Counted from the stretch's first letter, positions 29,038 to 39,176 are shown. The stretch: 64,000 nt of DNA from Thermodesulfovibrionales bacterium (GCA_026417875.1 JAOACK010000004.1:6244-70243); one strand, 5' to 3'. The notes: generated by a model from the sequence alone, not told the origin. Translations and numbers: made by a program.

Positions 29038-30512
29038 GATTCAGGCTTCATCTGGGGGAACAGTATTACATCCCTTATGGATTGAGAATTTGTAAGAATC
29101 ATAACAAGTCTGTCTATACCTATTCCTTCACCAGCAGCAGGTGGCATTCCGTATTCAAGTGCCCGTATAAAATCCTCATCCATTGGATGAGCCTCCTCAT
29201 CACCCTTTAGCTTTGCCTCCAGTTGCTTAAGAAATCTCTCCCTCTGGTCAAAGGGATCATTGAGCTCTGAAAAGGCATTGGCAATCTCCCTTTGAGCAAT
29301 GTAGAGCTCAAACCTCTCAACAAATTCCGGCTCATCCTTTTTCCTTTTTGCAAGGGGCGAAAGCTCAACAGGGTAATCCATCACAAAGGTGGGCTCTACA
29401 AGATAGGGTTCAACTATTTCCTTGAATATCTCATCAAGTACCTTTCCATGGCTAAGACCTTCCTTTAATTCTATACCCTTTGAACGAGCCCATTTCTTTG
29501 CATACTCTTGATCACTGATGACCTCCTCAGGCACACCACGGTCAAGAAGAGCACCTTTCCAGGAAAGTCTCTTCCAGGGTGGAGTAAAGTCTATCTCGTG
29601 ATCTCCGTAGTCAATCTTTAATTTACCGCAGACTTTGAGAACCACCTCTGTAATCAATCTCTCTGTAAAATCCATGAGGTAATTATAATCCTTATAGGCA
29701 ATATAAAACTCAAGCATTGTAAATTCTGGATTGTGCTTTGTTGATATACCCTCGTTCCTGAAGTTCTTATTCAACTCAAAAACCTTCTCATACCCTCCAA
29801 CAAGCAGTCTTTTGAGATAGAGCTCAGGTGCAATCCTCAAATAAAGATCTATACCCAGGGCAATGTGATGGGTTCTGAAAGGCTTTGCTGCTGCGCCACC
29901 AGGAATGAGATGCATCATTGGTGTTTCAACCTCTATGAAACCTTCCTTCTCAAGAAAATCCCTTATGGATTTAATAATAGCGCTTCTTTTCTGAAAAACC
30001 TCCTTTACCTGAGGATTAACTATTAGGTCCACATAACGCTGCCTGTATCTCAATTCAATATCTCTCAGCCCGTGCCATTTCTCAGGAAGCGGTCTCAGAG
30101 ACTTGGTTAGAATTACAAAATCCTTCACCTCAACTGTAAGCTCATTTGTCTTTGTCCTGAAGAGTCTTCCTTTAACCCCGATAATATCACCGATGTCTAT
30201 CTTCTTAAGAATGTTAAATCTATCTCCAAGTATGTCCTTTCTGAAATAGACCTGAATCCTTCCACTTGAATCCTGAAGGTGGGCAAAGGAGGCCTTGCCA
30301 AAATCCCTGAACATTATGATCCTTCCTGCTATGGATACCTCGTGGGGATTCTGCTCAAGACTCTCCTGATCTTTGTCTCCATAAAGTCTGTGTATTTCGG
30401 AGGCAAGATGGGAAACATCATATGGGCATCCATAGGGATCAATACCCATGGACCTCAGCTCGTTAAGCTTCTTTATTCTCTGCTCTATCAGTTCATTGAT
30501 ATCTTCAATCAT
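29034..30512 (-). CDS. lysS: lysine--tRNA ligase (class II)
   Basis: 492 aa. OB anticodon-binding domain plus class II motifs ([14 protein letters not shown]). Confidence 0.95.
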   Translation of the reverse strand: MIEDINELIEQRIKKLNELRSMGIDPYGCPYDVSHLASEIHRLYGDKDQESLEQNPHEVSIAGRIIMFRDFGKASFAHLQDSSGRIQVYFRKDILGDRFNILKKIDIGDIIGVKGRLFRTKTNELTVEVKDFVILTKSLRPLPEKWHGLRDIELRYRQRYVDLIVNPQVKEVFQKRSAIIKSIRDFLEKEGFIEVETPMMHLIPGGAAAKPFRTHHIALGIDLYLRIAPELYLKRLLVGGYEKVFELNKNFRNEGISTKHNPEFTMLEFYIAYKDYNYLMDFTERLITEVVLKVCGKLKIDYGDHEIDFTPPWKRLSWKGALLDRGVPEEVISDQEYAKKWARSKGIELKEGLSHGKVLDEIFKEIVEPYLVEPTFVMDYPVELSPLAKRKKDEPEFVERFELYIAQREIANAFSELNDPFDQRERFLKQLEAKLKGDEEAHPMDEDFIRALEYGMPPAAGEGIGIDRLVMILTNSQSIRDVILFPQMKPES

Positions 30513-30600
30513 AGAAATTGATTATAAAAATATAAGAAGGTAAGAGTCAAGGAAAGCCTCAATGAATCTTTAGCTCCTGTATTCTTTCTATATTAAAAAT

Positions 30601-30771
30601 TCATTTCTCATTCTTTAGGTTGCAGAATGCTTTGAGACCCCTTAAGGTCTTTCCATCAGCCTCAATTTCGGATAACTCATGGGGAATTATTATTCTCCTT
30701 GATTTTTCATCTGTTGCCTTAAAATAAAGGATTTAAAGGGTCTTACCCTCTTTGATTGCTCTTTCTATCAT
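30601..30771 (-). pseudogene. WYL-like domain remnant (56 codons, in-frame TAA at codon 13) coupled to the helicase stop
   Basis: My translation gives MIERAIKEGKTL*ILYFKATDEKSRRIIIPHELSEIEADGKTLRGLKAFCNLKNEK*. The ATG overlaps the helicase TGA (ATGA). The AI..G..x.I.Y...(n)..R.I.P..L......L.A.C pattern resembles WYL/SH3-like domains. Confidence 0.35.
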
Positions 30772-32105
30772 AGAAATCTTTTCACTAAGGGAGAGCTTTT
30801 TTCTGCAAGCATCCGGCATTTTGAAATAAAATCTCCTACTCTTCTGTCCGTTAATACATCCTTTCTCGTCACAGGTCTTTTCAATATAAGGCCATCAAGG
30901 GATCGGCATCGTGAAAGGGCAACATAGAGTTGACCGTGGGAGAAGGTTCCCCTTCCAATATCTATAATTACCCTGTCAAAGGTAAGGCCCTGGCTCTTAT
31001 GAATAGTGATTGCCCAGGCAAGTCTTAGCGGATACTGTGAAAATGTACCGATTATATTAGAAACTATCGTCTTAGAGTTTCTATCAAAGCTAAATTCGTA
31101 CATCTCCCAGGTATAGGGTGTAATATCAACGACATCTTTATTTTCTAACTTAACCCATATTGTGTCAGAAGCACCGCTATGTTTTTCTATATCAACTACC
31201 GTACCAATACTTCCATTAATCCATCTCCCAAAGGAATCATTATTAAGAAGCATTACCTGGCAGCCAATCTTTACATTGAGCACAGTAGGTGCTGGAAGGT
31301 CTGTCTCTTTTAAGTCTCCGACAACTAAGCCTTCATATGAATATTCCCTACCCTTTATCTCGGTAAGTCTCTGCCTATTTATTGAATCAGCAAGGCTGTT
31401 TGTGGTAGTAAGGTAAATATAAAATCTACTGTCTGGAATAAAATCAGGGATATATCTTTTATTAAGCTCTTCAAGCTCTTGATCTGTAATTGTATTGTTT
31501 CTTATAGCATTAAGTATTGCAAGAAACCTCTCATCCTTCTGTCGATAGACCTTTTCAAGCTCGATAAACTCTATCTCTAAATCTTCAAAAACCTTTGCAT
31601 CAAAGAAATAAGGACTTCTGTAAAGTTCAGTAAATAGATTTCTTTCTTTTGAACTAACAACTGGTGGAAGCTGATAAAGATCACCAATAAATATCATCTT
31701 TATACCGCCGAAGGTCTCTGATTTTTTCTTTCCATGAAGCTTCAAAAACTCATTAATAGAGTCAAGAAGATCAGCCCTTACCATTGATATCTCATCAATA
31801 AGAATGGCATCAAGTTTTTCGTAAAGTTCTTTATTTCTTGGTTTTATATTCTTTACGCTATGTGGATTTATATCAGGTCTGAAATTAAAAAAGGAATGAA
31901 TGGTCTGACCTTTAATATTCACTGCAGCCACTCCCGTTGGTGCAAGGACAGCAATATTTTTCTTTGTCTTTTTCCTGAAATAATCAAGAAGGGTGGATTT
32001 CCCTGTGCCTGCTTTGCCTGTTATGAAGACATGCTTATCTGAGCCCTCCATAATATCCAGGGCTCTAACAAAGGATTCGCTGAGCTCCGGAGCGACCTTC
32101 ATCAA
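30768..32105 (-). CDS. Pif1/RecD-like SF1B DNA helicase
   Basis: 445 aa. Walker A ITGKAGTGKST, LAPTGVAAVNI, Walker B ILIDEISMV, QLPPV, and C-terminal ITIHKSQGLTFD and YVALSR motifs. Confidence 0.85.
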   Translation of the reverse strand: MMKVAPELSESFVRALDIMEGSDKHVFITGKAGTGKSTLLDYFRKKTKKNIAVLAPTGVAAVNIKGQTIHSFFNFRPDINPHSVKNIKPRNKELYEKLDAILIDEISMVRADLLDSINEFLKLHGKKKSETFGGIKMIFIGDLYQLPPVVSSKERNLFTELYRSPYFFDAKVFEDLEIEFIELEKVYRQKDERFLAILNAIRNNTITDQELEELNKRYIPDFIPDSRFYIYLTTTNSLADSINRQRLTEIKGREYSYEGLVVGDLKETDLPAPTVLNVKIGCQVMLLNNDSFGRWINGSIGTVVDIEKHSGASDTIWVKLENKDVVDITPYTWEMYEFSFDRNSKTIVSNIIGTFSQYPLRLAWAITIHKSQGLTFDRVIIDIGRGTFSHGQLYVALSRCRSLDGLILKRPVTRKDVLTDRRVGDFISKCRMLAEKSSPLVKRFL

Positions 32106-32148
32106 GAATTGTGGACAATATATTTTATCAGGTTTATAGATTTTTTGA

Positions 32149-32703
32149 TTAAACAGGAGAATCAGGATTATTGTTTAAATCATTTTTAAATCGGCTCATC
32201 ACAGTCTCTGCAAGCTCTTCAACTACTGCATCCCTGTTTTGCTCTGTAATATAAATGATCTGAATACCATCTCTTTTTTTAAGAGCCTCTATAAAACCTG
32301 TACCCTTTTCCGCTATCGTAGCAATCAATAATCTATCAGTAGAAAGAAGTTTTTCTATAAGCTCCATGAACCTCTTTGAGTAACACTCCATTTTTCCTAT
32401 CTCATCTATAAGAACGACTGCTGAAGCAAGGATTTCACCCTCACTTTCAGAAAGGAATTTCTCAAAAGCCTCTATATCCACACCATACTTTCCCACCCTA
32501 TAAGGACTCTTTATATCTACACCAGCCAGAATGCCTGCCATTGAACCATCAACTCTCTTTATCACAAAGCCCTTTCTGATACCCCTTTCCCTTATCTCCT
32601 CTGTGTAAAAACCAGAAGGCTTAAGATCCCTAAACTTCAGTGAAAGTCTCCTTAAGATGGTTGTCTTTCCAATACCAGGTCTTCCAGTGATAAGGAGTTT
32701 CAT
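32149..32703 (-). CDS. THEP1-like nucleoside-triphosphatase (P-loop NTPase)
   Basis: MKLLITGRPGIGKTT Walker A and VLIDEIGKME Walker B, about 184 aa. The track ORF starts at TTG 32724; the ATG at 32703 matches the usual THEP1 N-terminus. Confidence 0.75.
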   Translation of the reverse strand: MKLLITGRPGIGKTTILRRLSLKFRDLKPSGFYTEEIRERGIRKGFVIKRVDGSMAGILAGVDIKSPYRVGKYGVDIEAFEKFLSESEGEILASAVVLIDEIGKMECYSKRFMELIEKLLSTDRLLIATIAEKGTGFIEALKKRDGIQIIYITEQNRDAVVEELAETVMSRFKNDLNNNPDSPV

Positions 32704-32892
32704 GGCTAAGATTATTTTAGCCAATTAAATGGTCATTTTCATCCTCGCAGATGAAGATTGCATAACATGGAAAGGTCTAATAAAATTCATGTAACTAAAA
32801 ATTGGTTAAAGTAGATACTTAATGAACTTTCTGCTATAATTTTTTGGTTTTCAAAAATTTTTTAACATGAACCTTATTATAGCTATCTGACG

Positions 32893-33678
32893 ATGAGAAG
32901 ATATAATGAGATATTTTTTTTAATAATTATTATCTTCCTTGCAGGCTCATCAGAGCTTTCAGGTGATATTTACCGTTCACCATGCAATATAAAATATCCC
33001 AGTGATTCAAGAATCGCCTGGTACTGTTACATGATAAAAAAGGGTGAAACCCTCGAAGGTCTCTTCGGAGATAGATGGATAGATGTAGCGAGATTTAACA
33101 GGATAGACAGACGCCATGTATATACTGGAGTGTCGATCAAGGTACCCTATAATCTGGATGAGATAAAGAATTTCTCTCCTATGCCAGAATACTATGAACC
33201 TGCAAAGGATGAACCGAAGTTCATTCTCATTGACCTCTCAGAGCAATTCCTGGGTGCCTATGAATACGGAAGGATTGTATTCTCAGCTCCTGCGATAACA
33301 GGCGAGAAGGATAATGAAACACCAAAGGGAGACTTCAGGATTGATGCCTATAACAGCCGCCATAGATCATCCCTTTATGTAATAGAAAATACAAATATAC
33401 CCTATCCAATGCATTATGGTTTAAGATTTTATGTAAGCAAAAATGGTGTGGGCTACTGGATACATGGTAGAGACATGCCAGGTTATCCTGCTTCTCATGG
33501 ATGTGTTGGGCTATACGATGAAGAGATGCAAAAAAGATATTATAAATATCCGAAAGATCCTGTTTTGCAGGATGCAAAAAGGCTTTTTGAATGGGTTATC
33601 TCTCCCATTGAGGATGATGGAAAATTTCATTTTCTCAAAGAGGGACCGAGAGTAAGAATTACGGGCAAGACACCATAG
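32893..33678 (+). CDS. L,D-transpeptidase (YkuD domain) with N-terminal LysM-like segment
   Basis: 261 aa. Signal/anchor present. Catalytic context YWIHGRD...SHGCVGL. Confidence 0.82.
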   Translation: MRRYNEIFFLIIIIFLAGSSELSGDIYRSPCNIKYPSDSRIAWYCYMIKKGETLEGLFGDRWIDVARFNRIDRRHVYTGVSIKVPYNLDEIKNFSPMPEYYEPAKDEPKFILIDLSEQFLGAYEYGRIVFSAPAITGEKDNETPKGDFRIDAYNSRHRSSLYVIENTNIPYPMHYGLRFYVSKNGVGYWIHGRDMPGYPASHGCVGLYDEEMQKRYYKYPKDPVLQDAKRLFEWVISPIEDDGKFHFLKEGPRVRITGKTP

Positions 33679-33685
33679 TATTTAA

Positions 33686-34252
33686 ATGAAAGTGCACCGT
33701 AAAATAATATATTTCCATAAAATTTGGAGGTCAGATATAACAAGAAGGACCTTTCTGAAGGCTGCAGCTGCATCATTTTTTTTAGGTAAGTTTAAACTTG
33801 CATATTCTAATACAGAGGATAGAATTCTCCATCTTTATAATATTCATTCAGGTGAGTATGCCTTAATAAGATATTTTAAGGATGGAAAATATGATCAAGC
33901 TGCTCTGAGGGATATATATTATTTACTCCGCTGTCCCTATACTGAAGAAATAAAAGAGATAGACTTAAAGGTTATAGACCTCTTATGCAGTATAAAGGAT
34001 TCTTTTAGCAGAAATGAGAAGATTCACATTATATCAGGTTACAGATCTAAGGTTTATAACGATTATCTCATAAATGCTGGAAGAAATGTCTCAAAGAATA
34101 GTCTTCATTTATATGGCAAGGCAATAGATTTTTACCTGCCCTCTTTCAGTATAAGAAAGCTCTATGAAAGGGCTAAATCCTTCAAGGCAGGAGGAGTTGG
34201 AAAGTATAAGGATTTTATCCACATTGATGTGGGAAGGTTAAGATACTGGTAA
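33686..34252 (+). CDS. DUF882/peptidase M15A family protein (YcbK/MepK-like) with Tat-type signal
   Basis: RRTFLKAAAASFF signal. Metal ligands in HLYGKAIDF and FIHIDV. 188 aa. Confidence 0.8.
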   Translation: MKVHRKIIYFHKIWRSDITRRTFLKAAAASFFLGKFKLAYSNTEDRILHLYNIHSGEYALIRYFKDGKYDQAALRDIYYLLRCPYTEEIKEIDLKVIDLLCSIKDSFSRNEKIHIISGYRSKVYNDYLINAGRNVSKNSLHLYGKAIDFYLPSFSIRKLYERAKSFKAGGVGKYKDFIHIDVGRLRYW

Positions 34253-34275
34253 GGAAATTTATTAAGGAGGTTTTG

Positions 34276-34482
34276 ATGCCAGAGTTTGAACTGAAGATTG
34301 AGGGTATGAGCTGCCAGCACTGTGTAATGAGGGTGAAAAAGGCTCTCGAGTCTGTTAAGGGTGTAAAATCTTTAATGGTAGAGATTGGAAGGGCAAGGGT
34401 AGATTGTGACTGTGGTAAAGAAGACCTGATAGCTGCAATTACAAAAGCAGGATATTCTGTGAAAGAGGATAGTAATCAGTAA
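34276..34482 (+). CDS. copZ: heavy-metal-associated (HMA) copper chaperone
   Basis: GMSCQHC metal-binding motif, about 68 aa. AAGGAGG lies 5 nt upstream of ATG 34276; the track uses TTG 34273. Confidence 0.88.
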   Translation: MPEFELKIEGMSCQHCVMRVKKALESVKGVKSLMVEIGRARVDCDCGKEDLIAAITKAGYSVKEDSNQ

Positions 34483-34503
34483 TTATTTCTTTTAGGGTCT
34501 CAT

Positions 34504-36554
34504 TTATGACCTGATAATAGCGCCGGTCCTTTTTATAAGGAGTTCAATAATCTCCTTGTGTAGCTGCTCAATCTCTTCTTCTGTAAGGGTCCTGTCCTTT
34601 GACCTGTAGCGAATTCTTAGGCCAATACTCTTTTTACCTTCAGGAATATTTCCACCTCTGAAATAATCAAAGATAGTAACAGACTCGATGAGCTCTGATG
34701 GATAGGCCATGATTGCATCTCTGAGCGACTGAGCGGTTATATCGCTTTCTACAATCATAGCCACATCCCTCTCAATATAGGGATAGACCGGAATGGGTTT
34801 AAATAGAGGTGTACTGCCTCTGTGGATGAAAAGTGAATCGAGGTCTATCTCAAGTACAGCTACAGGTGATTCTGTCTTTAAATCTAGATGATCGACTATC
34901 TTCGGAGAAAGTACGCCAAGAAAGCCTATCTTTTTTTCTTTTATGAATATATCTGCTGACTGGCCTGGATGGAGAAAGGGCTCATCAGATGGTTCTAATT
35001 TAAGAACAAGATCCTGAATTCATTAAATAGACCGTCTATTATCTCCCTGATGATGTAATAGGGATTGATAGATTCCTTCCACAGAAGGGGTCTCGGACTC
35101 TTCCAGTAGATAGCTCCCAGGTGGAGTCTTTCATCTGGAAGGGAATTATCTTTTCTGAAGAATACCCTTGCTATCTCAAAAAGCGAGACCTCCTTTATTC
35201 CATATCTTATATTTGTCCTGAGATTTTTAAGAAGGGAAAGTGTTAAGTTCGTCCTTAAAAAGGATTCTTCCTTTCTGAGGGGGTTCCTGAGTTCAACAGC
35301 ACGGAATCTATAATCTTCTTCAGGAAGTGAAAGTTTTTTGAATTCTTCAAGATCCATAAAGCTGAGATTTATTGCCTCTGAAAATCCCCTTGCCCGCAGG
35401 GCTGTCCTTATGAGGTCTGTATCATGAAGCTTTTTATTCACTGAAAAGCTTATTTTTACCTCTGGAAGGATAGAAGGTATTTTTTCGTATCCTCTTATCC
35501 TCGCTATTTCCTCTATAAGGTCAATCTCTTTATTTATATCAGGTCTTCTTGAAAGACTTTTTACAATAAAGTCCTTACCATCAGTTCTTGTCTCAAAACC
35601 CAGTAGTTCAAAAATTTTCCTTATCTCTTCAGCGGGTATATCTTCACCAATTATGGATTTTATCCTTTCTGCCCGTACTCTTATGTCAACAGGTCTGAAT
35701 CTATTAGGATACTCATCAATACTCTGTATGAGTTCACCACCAGCAAGCTCAAGGATTAATTCCACTGCCTTATCTGCGCAGAAAAGAAGTCCCTCTATAT
35801 CAGTACCCCTTTCAAATCTATAGGATGACTCGGTCCTGAGTCCGAGCCTCTTTGAGCTTTTTCTTATAGAGTAAGGTGAGAAATAGGCTGCCTCAAGCAA
35901 TATATTCCTTGTATCATGCCTTACCTCTGTTTCCTGACCACCCATGATACCAGCAATTGCAACTGGTCTTTCACCATCCCAGATAAGTAATGTGTCATCT
36001 GGAACTTCTCTTTCTATTCCATCAAGGGTCTTTATCTTATCTTTTTTGCCTGAAAGAGCGACTCTTATGAGATTTCCCCTTAAAGTATCAAGGTCAAAGG
36101 CATGGAGGGGATGACCGTAGGCAAGGAGTATATAATTGGTAATGTCAACTATATTGTTTATAGACCTCAGGCCGCATTGCTCAAGCCTTCTTTTCAACCA
36201 ATCAGGTGATTCGCTGACCCTTACATTCTTTATTATCCTTGCTGTATATCTGAGGCAGAGGACCGGATCATCTATGATTATTCTGAAAGGACCTTCAGAT
36301 ACTGAAGCCAAAGGCCTTTTTAATCTGGGCTCTATAAATTTCTTTCTGAAGGCAATTGATACTTCTCTTGATATTCCTGCTACAGATAGGCAGTCTGCTC
36401 TGTTTGGTGTAATACTTATATCAAAGATAATATCTCCAGCATTCTCTTCAATGGATTCAACTTCAAGACCGAGCATGGTAAGCCTTGAGGCAATCTCACC
36501 GGCTGATGACTCAAAAGAAACAAATTCTTTTATCCAGCTTAGGGGTACCCTCAT
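34504..36554 (-). CDS. pheT: phenylalanine--tRNA ligase beta subunit, interrupted by an apparent 1-nt frameshift near 34998-35019
   Basis: The N-terminal 519-aa ORF (34995-36554) has the B1, B3/4 and B5 regions. The C-terminal part is open in another frame from 35019 to 34504. My translation of it reads QDLVLKLEPSDEPFLHPGQSADIFIKEKKIGFLGVLSPKIVDHLDL...FKPIPVYPYIERDVAMIVES... and includes the 86-aa track ORF. Confidence 0.85.
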
Positions 36555-37567
36555 CAGAACTGTTCCAGGAACATGAGATTATTCTCATAGAAAAGTCTTA
36601 TATCGTCTATCCTGTAACGAAGCATTGCAATCCTCTCTACTCCGAGGCCAAAGGCAAACCCGGTATATTTCTCTGTGTCATAACCAACAGCCCTGAATAC
36701 CTCTGGATGGACCATTCCTGCTCCGAGGATCTCGAGCCATCCAGAGTTTTTACAGATCCTGCAGCCCTGCTGGCTGCAGAAGAGGCATCCTATATCAACC
36801 TCTGCAGAGGGCTCTGTAAAGGGAAAATAACTCGGCCTGAATCTGATAGGTGTTTGGGGACCGAAGAGCTCTCTGAGAAATAATTCAAGTACTGCCTTTA
36901 GATTTGCCATAGAAACATCTTCACCAACCATAAGACCTTCAACCTGATGAAACATGGGGCTGTGGGTAACATCAGCATCACAGCGATAGACCTTTCCAGG
37001 AGCAATCATCCTGAGAGGTGGTTTTTTCTTTTCCATTACCCTTATCTGTACAGGTGAGGTGTGAGTTCTTAAAAGTATCTCATCTGTAATATAAAAGGTA
37101 TCCTGCATATCTCTTGCAGGATGGTCTTTTGGGATATTAAGTGCCTCAAAATTATAATAATCAAGCTCAACCTCTGGTCCTTCTTCCACAGAAAAGCCCA
37201 TTGATGAGAATATATCTATAATCTCTCTTAAAGTCTTCGTCAGGGGATGTTCTGCTCCAAATCTCTGTATCCTTCCTGGAATGGTTATGTCTATCTTTTC
37301 TGATGTGATTTTTTTAAAATATTCAGCCTCGGCAAGTTCTTTTTCTTTTTCAGAAAGCCTTCTTTCAATATATTCTTTAAGCTCATTGAGGATCTTGCCT
37401 CGAAGTGGCCTTTCCTCTTTTGGAAGGGCCTGGAGTGCCTTTATTGCCTCAGCAATAATGCCCTTTTTGCCGAGATAACGGGCTTTTAATGCTGAAAGGC
37501 CCTCTCTTTGTGAAAGGGCCTTCAATTCCTGTTCAAACTCTTCCTTCAGAATCTCAGGATTTTCCAT
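36554..37567 (-). CDS. pheS: phenylalanine--tRNA ligase alpha subunit
   Basis: 337 aa. Class II motifs (HPARDMQDTFY, FRPSYFPFTEPS, GAGMVHP, GFAFGLGVERIAM). Confidence 0.96.
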   Translation of the reverse strand: MENPEILKEEFEQELKALSQREGLSALKARYLGKKGIIAEAIKALQALPKEERPLRGKILNELKEYIERRLSEKEKELAEAEYFKKITSEKIDITIPGRIQRFGAEHPLTKTLREIIDIFSSMGFSVEEGPEVELDYYNFEALNIPKDHPARDMQDTFYITDEILLRTHTSPVQIRVMEKKKPPLRMIAPGKVYRCDADVTHSPMFHQVEGLMVGEDVSMANLKAVLELFLRELFGPQTPIRFRPSYFPFTEPSAEVDIGCLFCSQQGCRICKNSGWLEILGAGMVHPEVFRAVGYDTEKYTGFAFGLGVERIAMLRYRIDDIRLFYENNLMFLEQF

Positions 37568-37598
37568 AGGTTAATAAGCTAAAAGGAGAGCAAATATC

Positions 37599-37958
37599 TC
37601 AGGCGCTGAGTGCTGATTTTGCTGTATCAACTATCTTCTGGAAGGCCTTTGGATCGTTTAATGCCATATCTGCAAGTACCTTTCTATTCAGCTCAATTTT
37701 TGCCTTTCTGAGTCCTTCCATGAGTTTCCCATAGGTGATACCGAGGGCCCTTGCTGCAGCATTTATCCTCACTATCCAGAGGGCACGAATCTCACGCTTC
37801 TTTGCCCTTCTGTCTCGGTAGGCATACTGAAGTGCCTTCTCAACAGCTCCTGCTGCTACCTTATAGGAACGACTCCTGGCACCGTAATAACCCTTTGCAA
37901 GTTCAAGGATCTTTTTATGTCTTCTTCTCGTCTTGAAACCACCCTTTGCCCTTGGCAT
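37599..37958 (-). CDS. rplT: 50S ribosomal protein L20
   Basis: [29 protein letters not shown] is a canonical L20 start. Confidence 0.97.
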   Translation of the reverse strand: MPRAKGGFKTRRRHKKILELAKGYYGARSRSYKVAAGAVEKALQYAYRDRRAKKREIRALWIVRINAAARALGITYGKLMEGLRKAKIELNRKVLADMALNDPKAFQKIVDTAKSALSA

Positions 37959-37970
37959 ATCTGTTCCTCC

Positions 37971-38171
37971 TTAAAAAGAATAGGGTAAAAGTCTCTTGAT
38001 GTTCTTGTAGTCGCTCTCTGAAACAAGAGCAGATTCTTTGAGTCTTCTTGTTCTTCTTGAAGATTTACCTGTAAGGAGATGGCTTTTGTTAGCCTTTCTC
38101 CTCATTATCTTACCTGTTCCTGTGACCTTGAATCTCTTTTTTGCACCACTGTGAGTCTTAAGTTTGGGCAT
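37971..38171 (-). CDS. rpmI: 50S ribosomal protein L35
   Basis: [33 protein letters not shown] is a canonical L35 start. Confidence 0.97.
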   Translation of the reverse strand: MPKLKTHSGAKKRFKVTGTGKIMRRKANKSHLLTGKSSRRTRRLKESALVSESDYKNIKRLLPYSF

Positions 38172-38182
38172 TCTGACCTCCT

Positions 38183-38668
38183 TTATGTCTTCTTTTTCTT
38201 CTTTATCTGTCTGATCTCTGTGCTTTCTCTGTGTGAGATTACTTCTGTCTTTAGCTCAGAAAGCTCTTTTTTAAAACCAGCCACCTCATTGTCTAATTTG
38301 CTTAATCCTGTCTTGATTTCTACCACATCTACTTCAACCTTATTTAACCTGACCTTTATTTCACCAACCTCTACCTCTACTGTATTTAACCTGTTTTTAA
38401 CCTCTGATACCTCTTTCTCAACCTTATTCAAGCCATTACTAAATTCTGACCTGAGTCTTTCCTCTGTCTCCTTCAATCCTGACTTGAATTCTGACCTTAA
38501 TTCCCTCTTGGTCTCTTCATTAGTAGTCCTGATCAAGCGTTTTATATCTTCCTGTGCATCTATTACAAAGTTCAGTTTGTGCTGAAAATCCTCGGCAAGA
38601 ATACCGAGATATCTTTTCAGCTCTTCTTTGAACTCTTCAGCATCCGCTTTAGTAAAATAATCACTCAT
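38183..38668 (-). CDS. hypothetical coiled-coil protein with internal repeats and poly-Lys tail
   Basis: About 161 aa from the ATG at 38668, which is 1 nt after the infC stop. Repeats such as [40 protein letters not shown]. Ends KKKKKT. The track ORF starts at TTG 38686, inside infC. Confidence 0.6.
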   Translation of the reverse strand: MSDYFTKADAEEFKEELKRYLGILAEDFQHKLNFVIDAQEDIKRLIRTTNEETKRELRSEFKSGLKETEERLRSEFSNGLNKVEKEVSEVKNRLNTVEVEVGEIKVRLNKVEVDVVEIKTGLSKLDNEVAGFKKELSELKTEVISHRESTEIRQIKKKKKT

Positions 38669-38669
38669 C

Positions 38670-39176
38670 CTATTTTCCCGGTGCAATAACCATTGTTATG
38701 TTGCTGCCTTCAAGGGTTGCCTTTTTTTCCACTGTATATTTACCCTCGATCATCTGAAGAAGTTTTTCAAAGACCTTCATCCCGAGATCCGGCCTTGTTG
38801 CCTCTCTTCCTCTGAGCATCATGGTTATCTTTGCCTTGTTACCATCATCGAGGAATCTTCTTATACTCTTTGCCTTAAGCTGTAAATCGTGATCATCTAT
38901 CCTGGGTCTCAGTTTTATCTCCTTTACTTCTATCGTCTTTTTCTGGTGAGACTTCTTCTGCATCTGGTATCTGTACTTGCCATAATCCATTATTCTGCAT
39001 ACAGGTGGATTGGCATTGGGAGCTACCTCTACAAGGTCAAGGCCTCTTTCCCTCGCAATGGCAAGTGCCTCCTTAATAGGCACAATCCCAAGCTGGCTTC
39101 CGTCAACATCAATGAGCCTGACCTCACTCCTTCTTATAGCCTCATTTACTCTGATATCCTTTTCTATGAAAGTCAC
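38670..39176 (-). CDS. infC: translation initiation factor IF-3
   Basis: [23 protein letters not shown], then linker, then C-domain. The track start GTG 39176 overlaps the SD. A better-spaced ATA at 39167-39165 lies 8 nt after AGGAGG. Confidence 0.93.
   Translation of the reverse strand: MTFIEKDIRVNEAIRRSEVRLIDVDGSQLGIVPIKEALAIARERGLDLVEVAPNANPPVCRIMDYGKYRYQMQKKSHQKKTIEVKEIKLRPRIDDHDLQLKAKSIRRFLDDGNKAKITMMLRGREATRPDLGMKVFEKLLQMIEGKYTVEKKATLEGSNITMVIAPGK

Noticed and set aside
34998-35019. Programmed -1 frameshift as the explanation for the pheT split
   Set aside because: C_TTA_AAT is not a canonical X_XXY_YYZ heptamer. I saw no downstream stimulatory structure. An essential single-copy synthetase would need near-100% efficiency. 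An indel or sequencing error is the more economical reading (kept as a finding to be checked).
36136-36883. 146-aa and 132-aa plus-strand ORFs
   Set aside because: Antisense to pheT and pheS. No motifs. The sense genes are unambiguous.
38079-38585. 168-aa plus-strand ORF with S/L/F-rich repeats
   Set aside because: It is antisense to rpmI and the coiled-coil gene. Its repeats are simply the reverse complement of the coiled-coil heptad repeats, and the sense gene has operon context.
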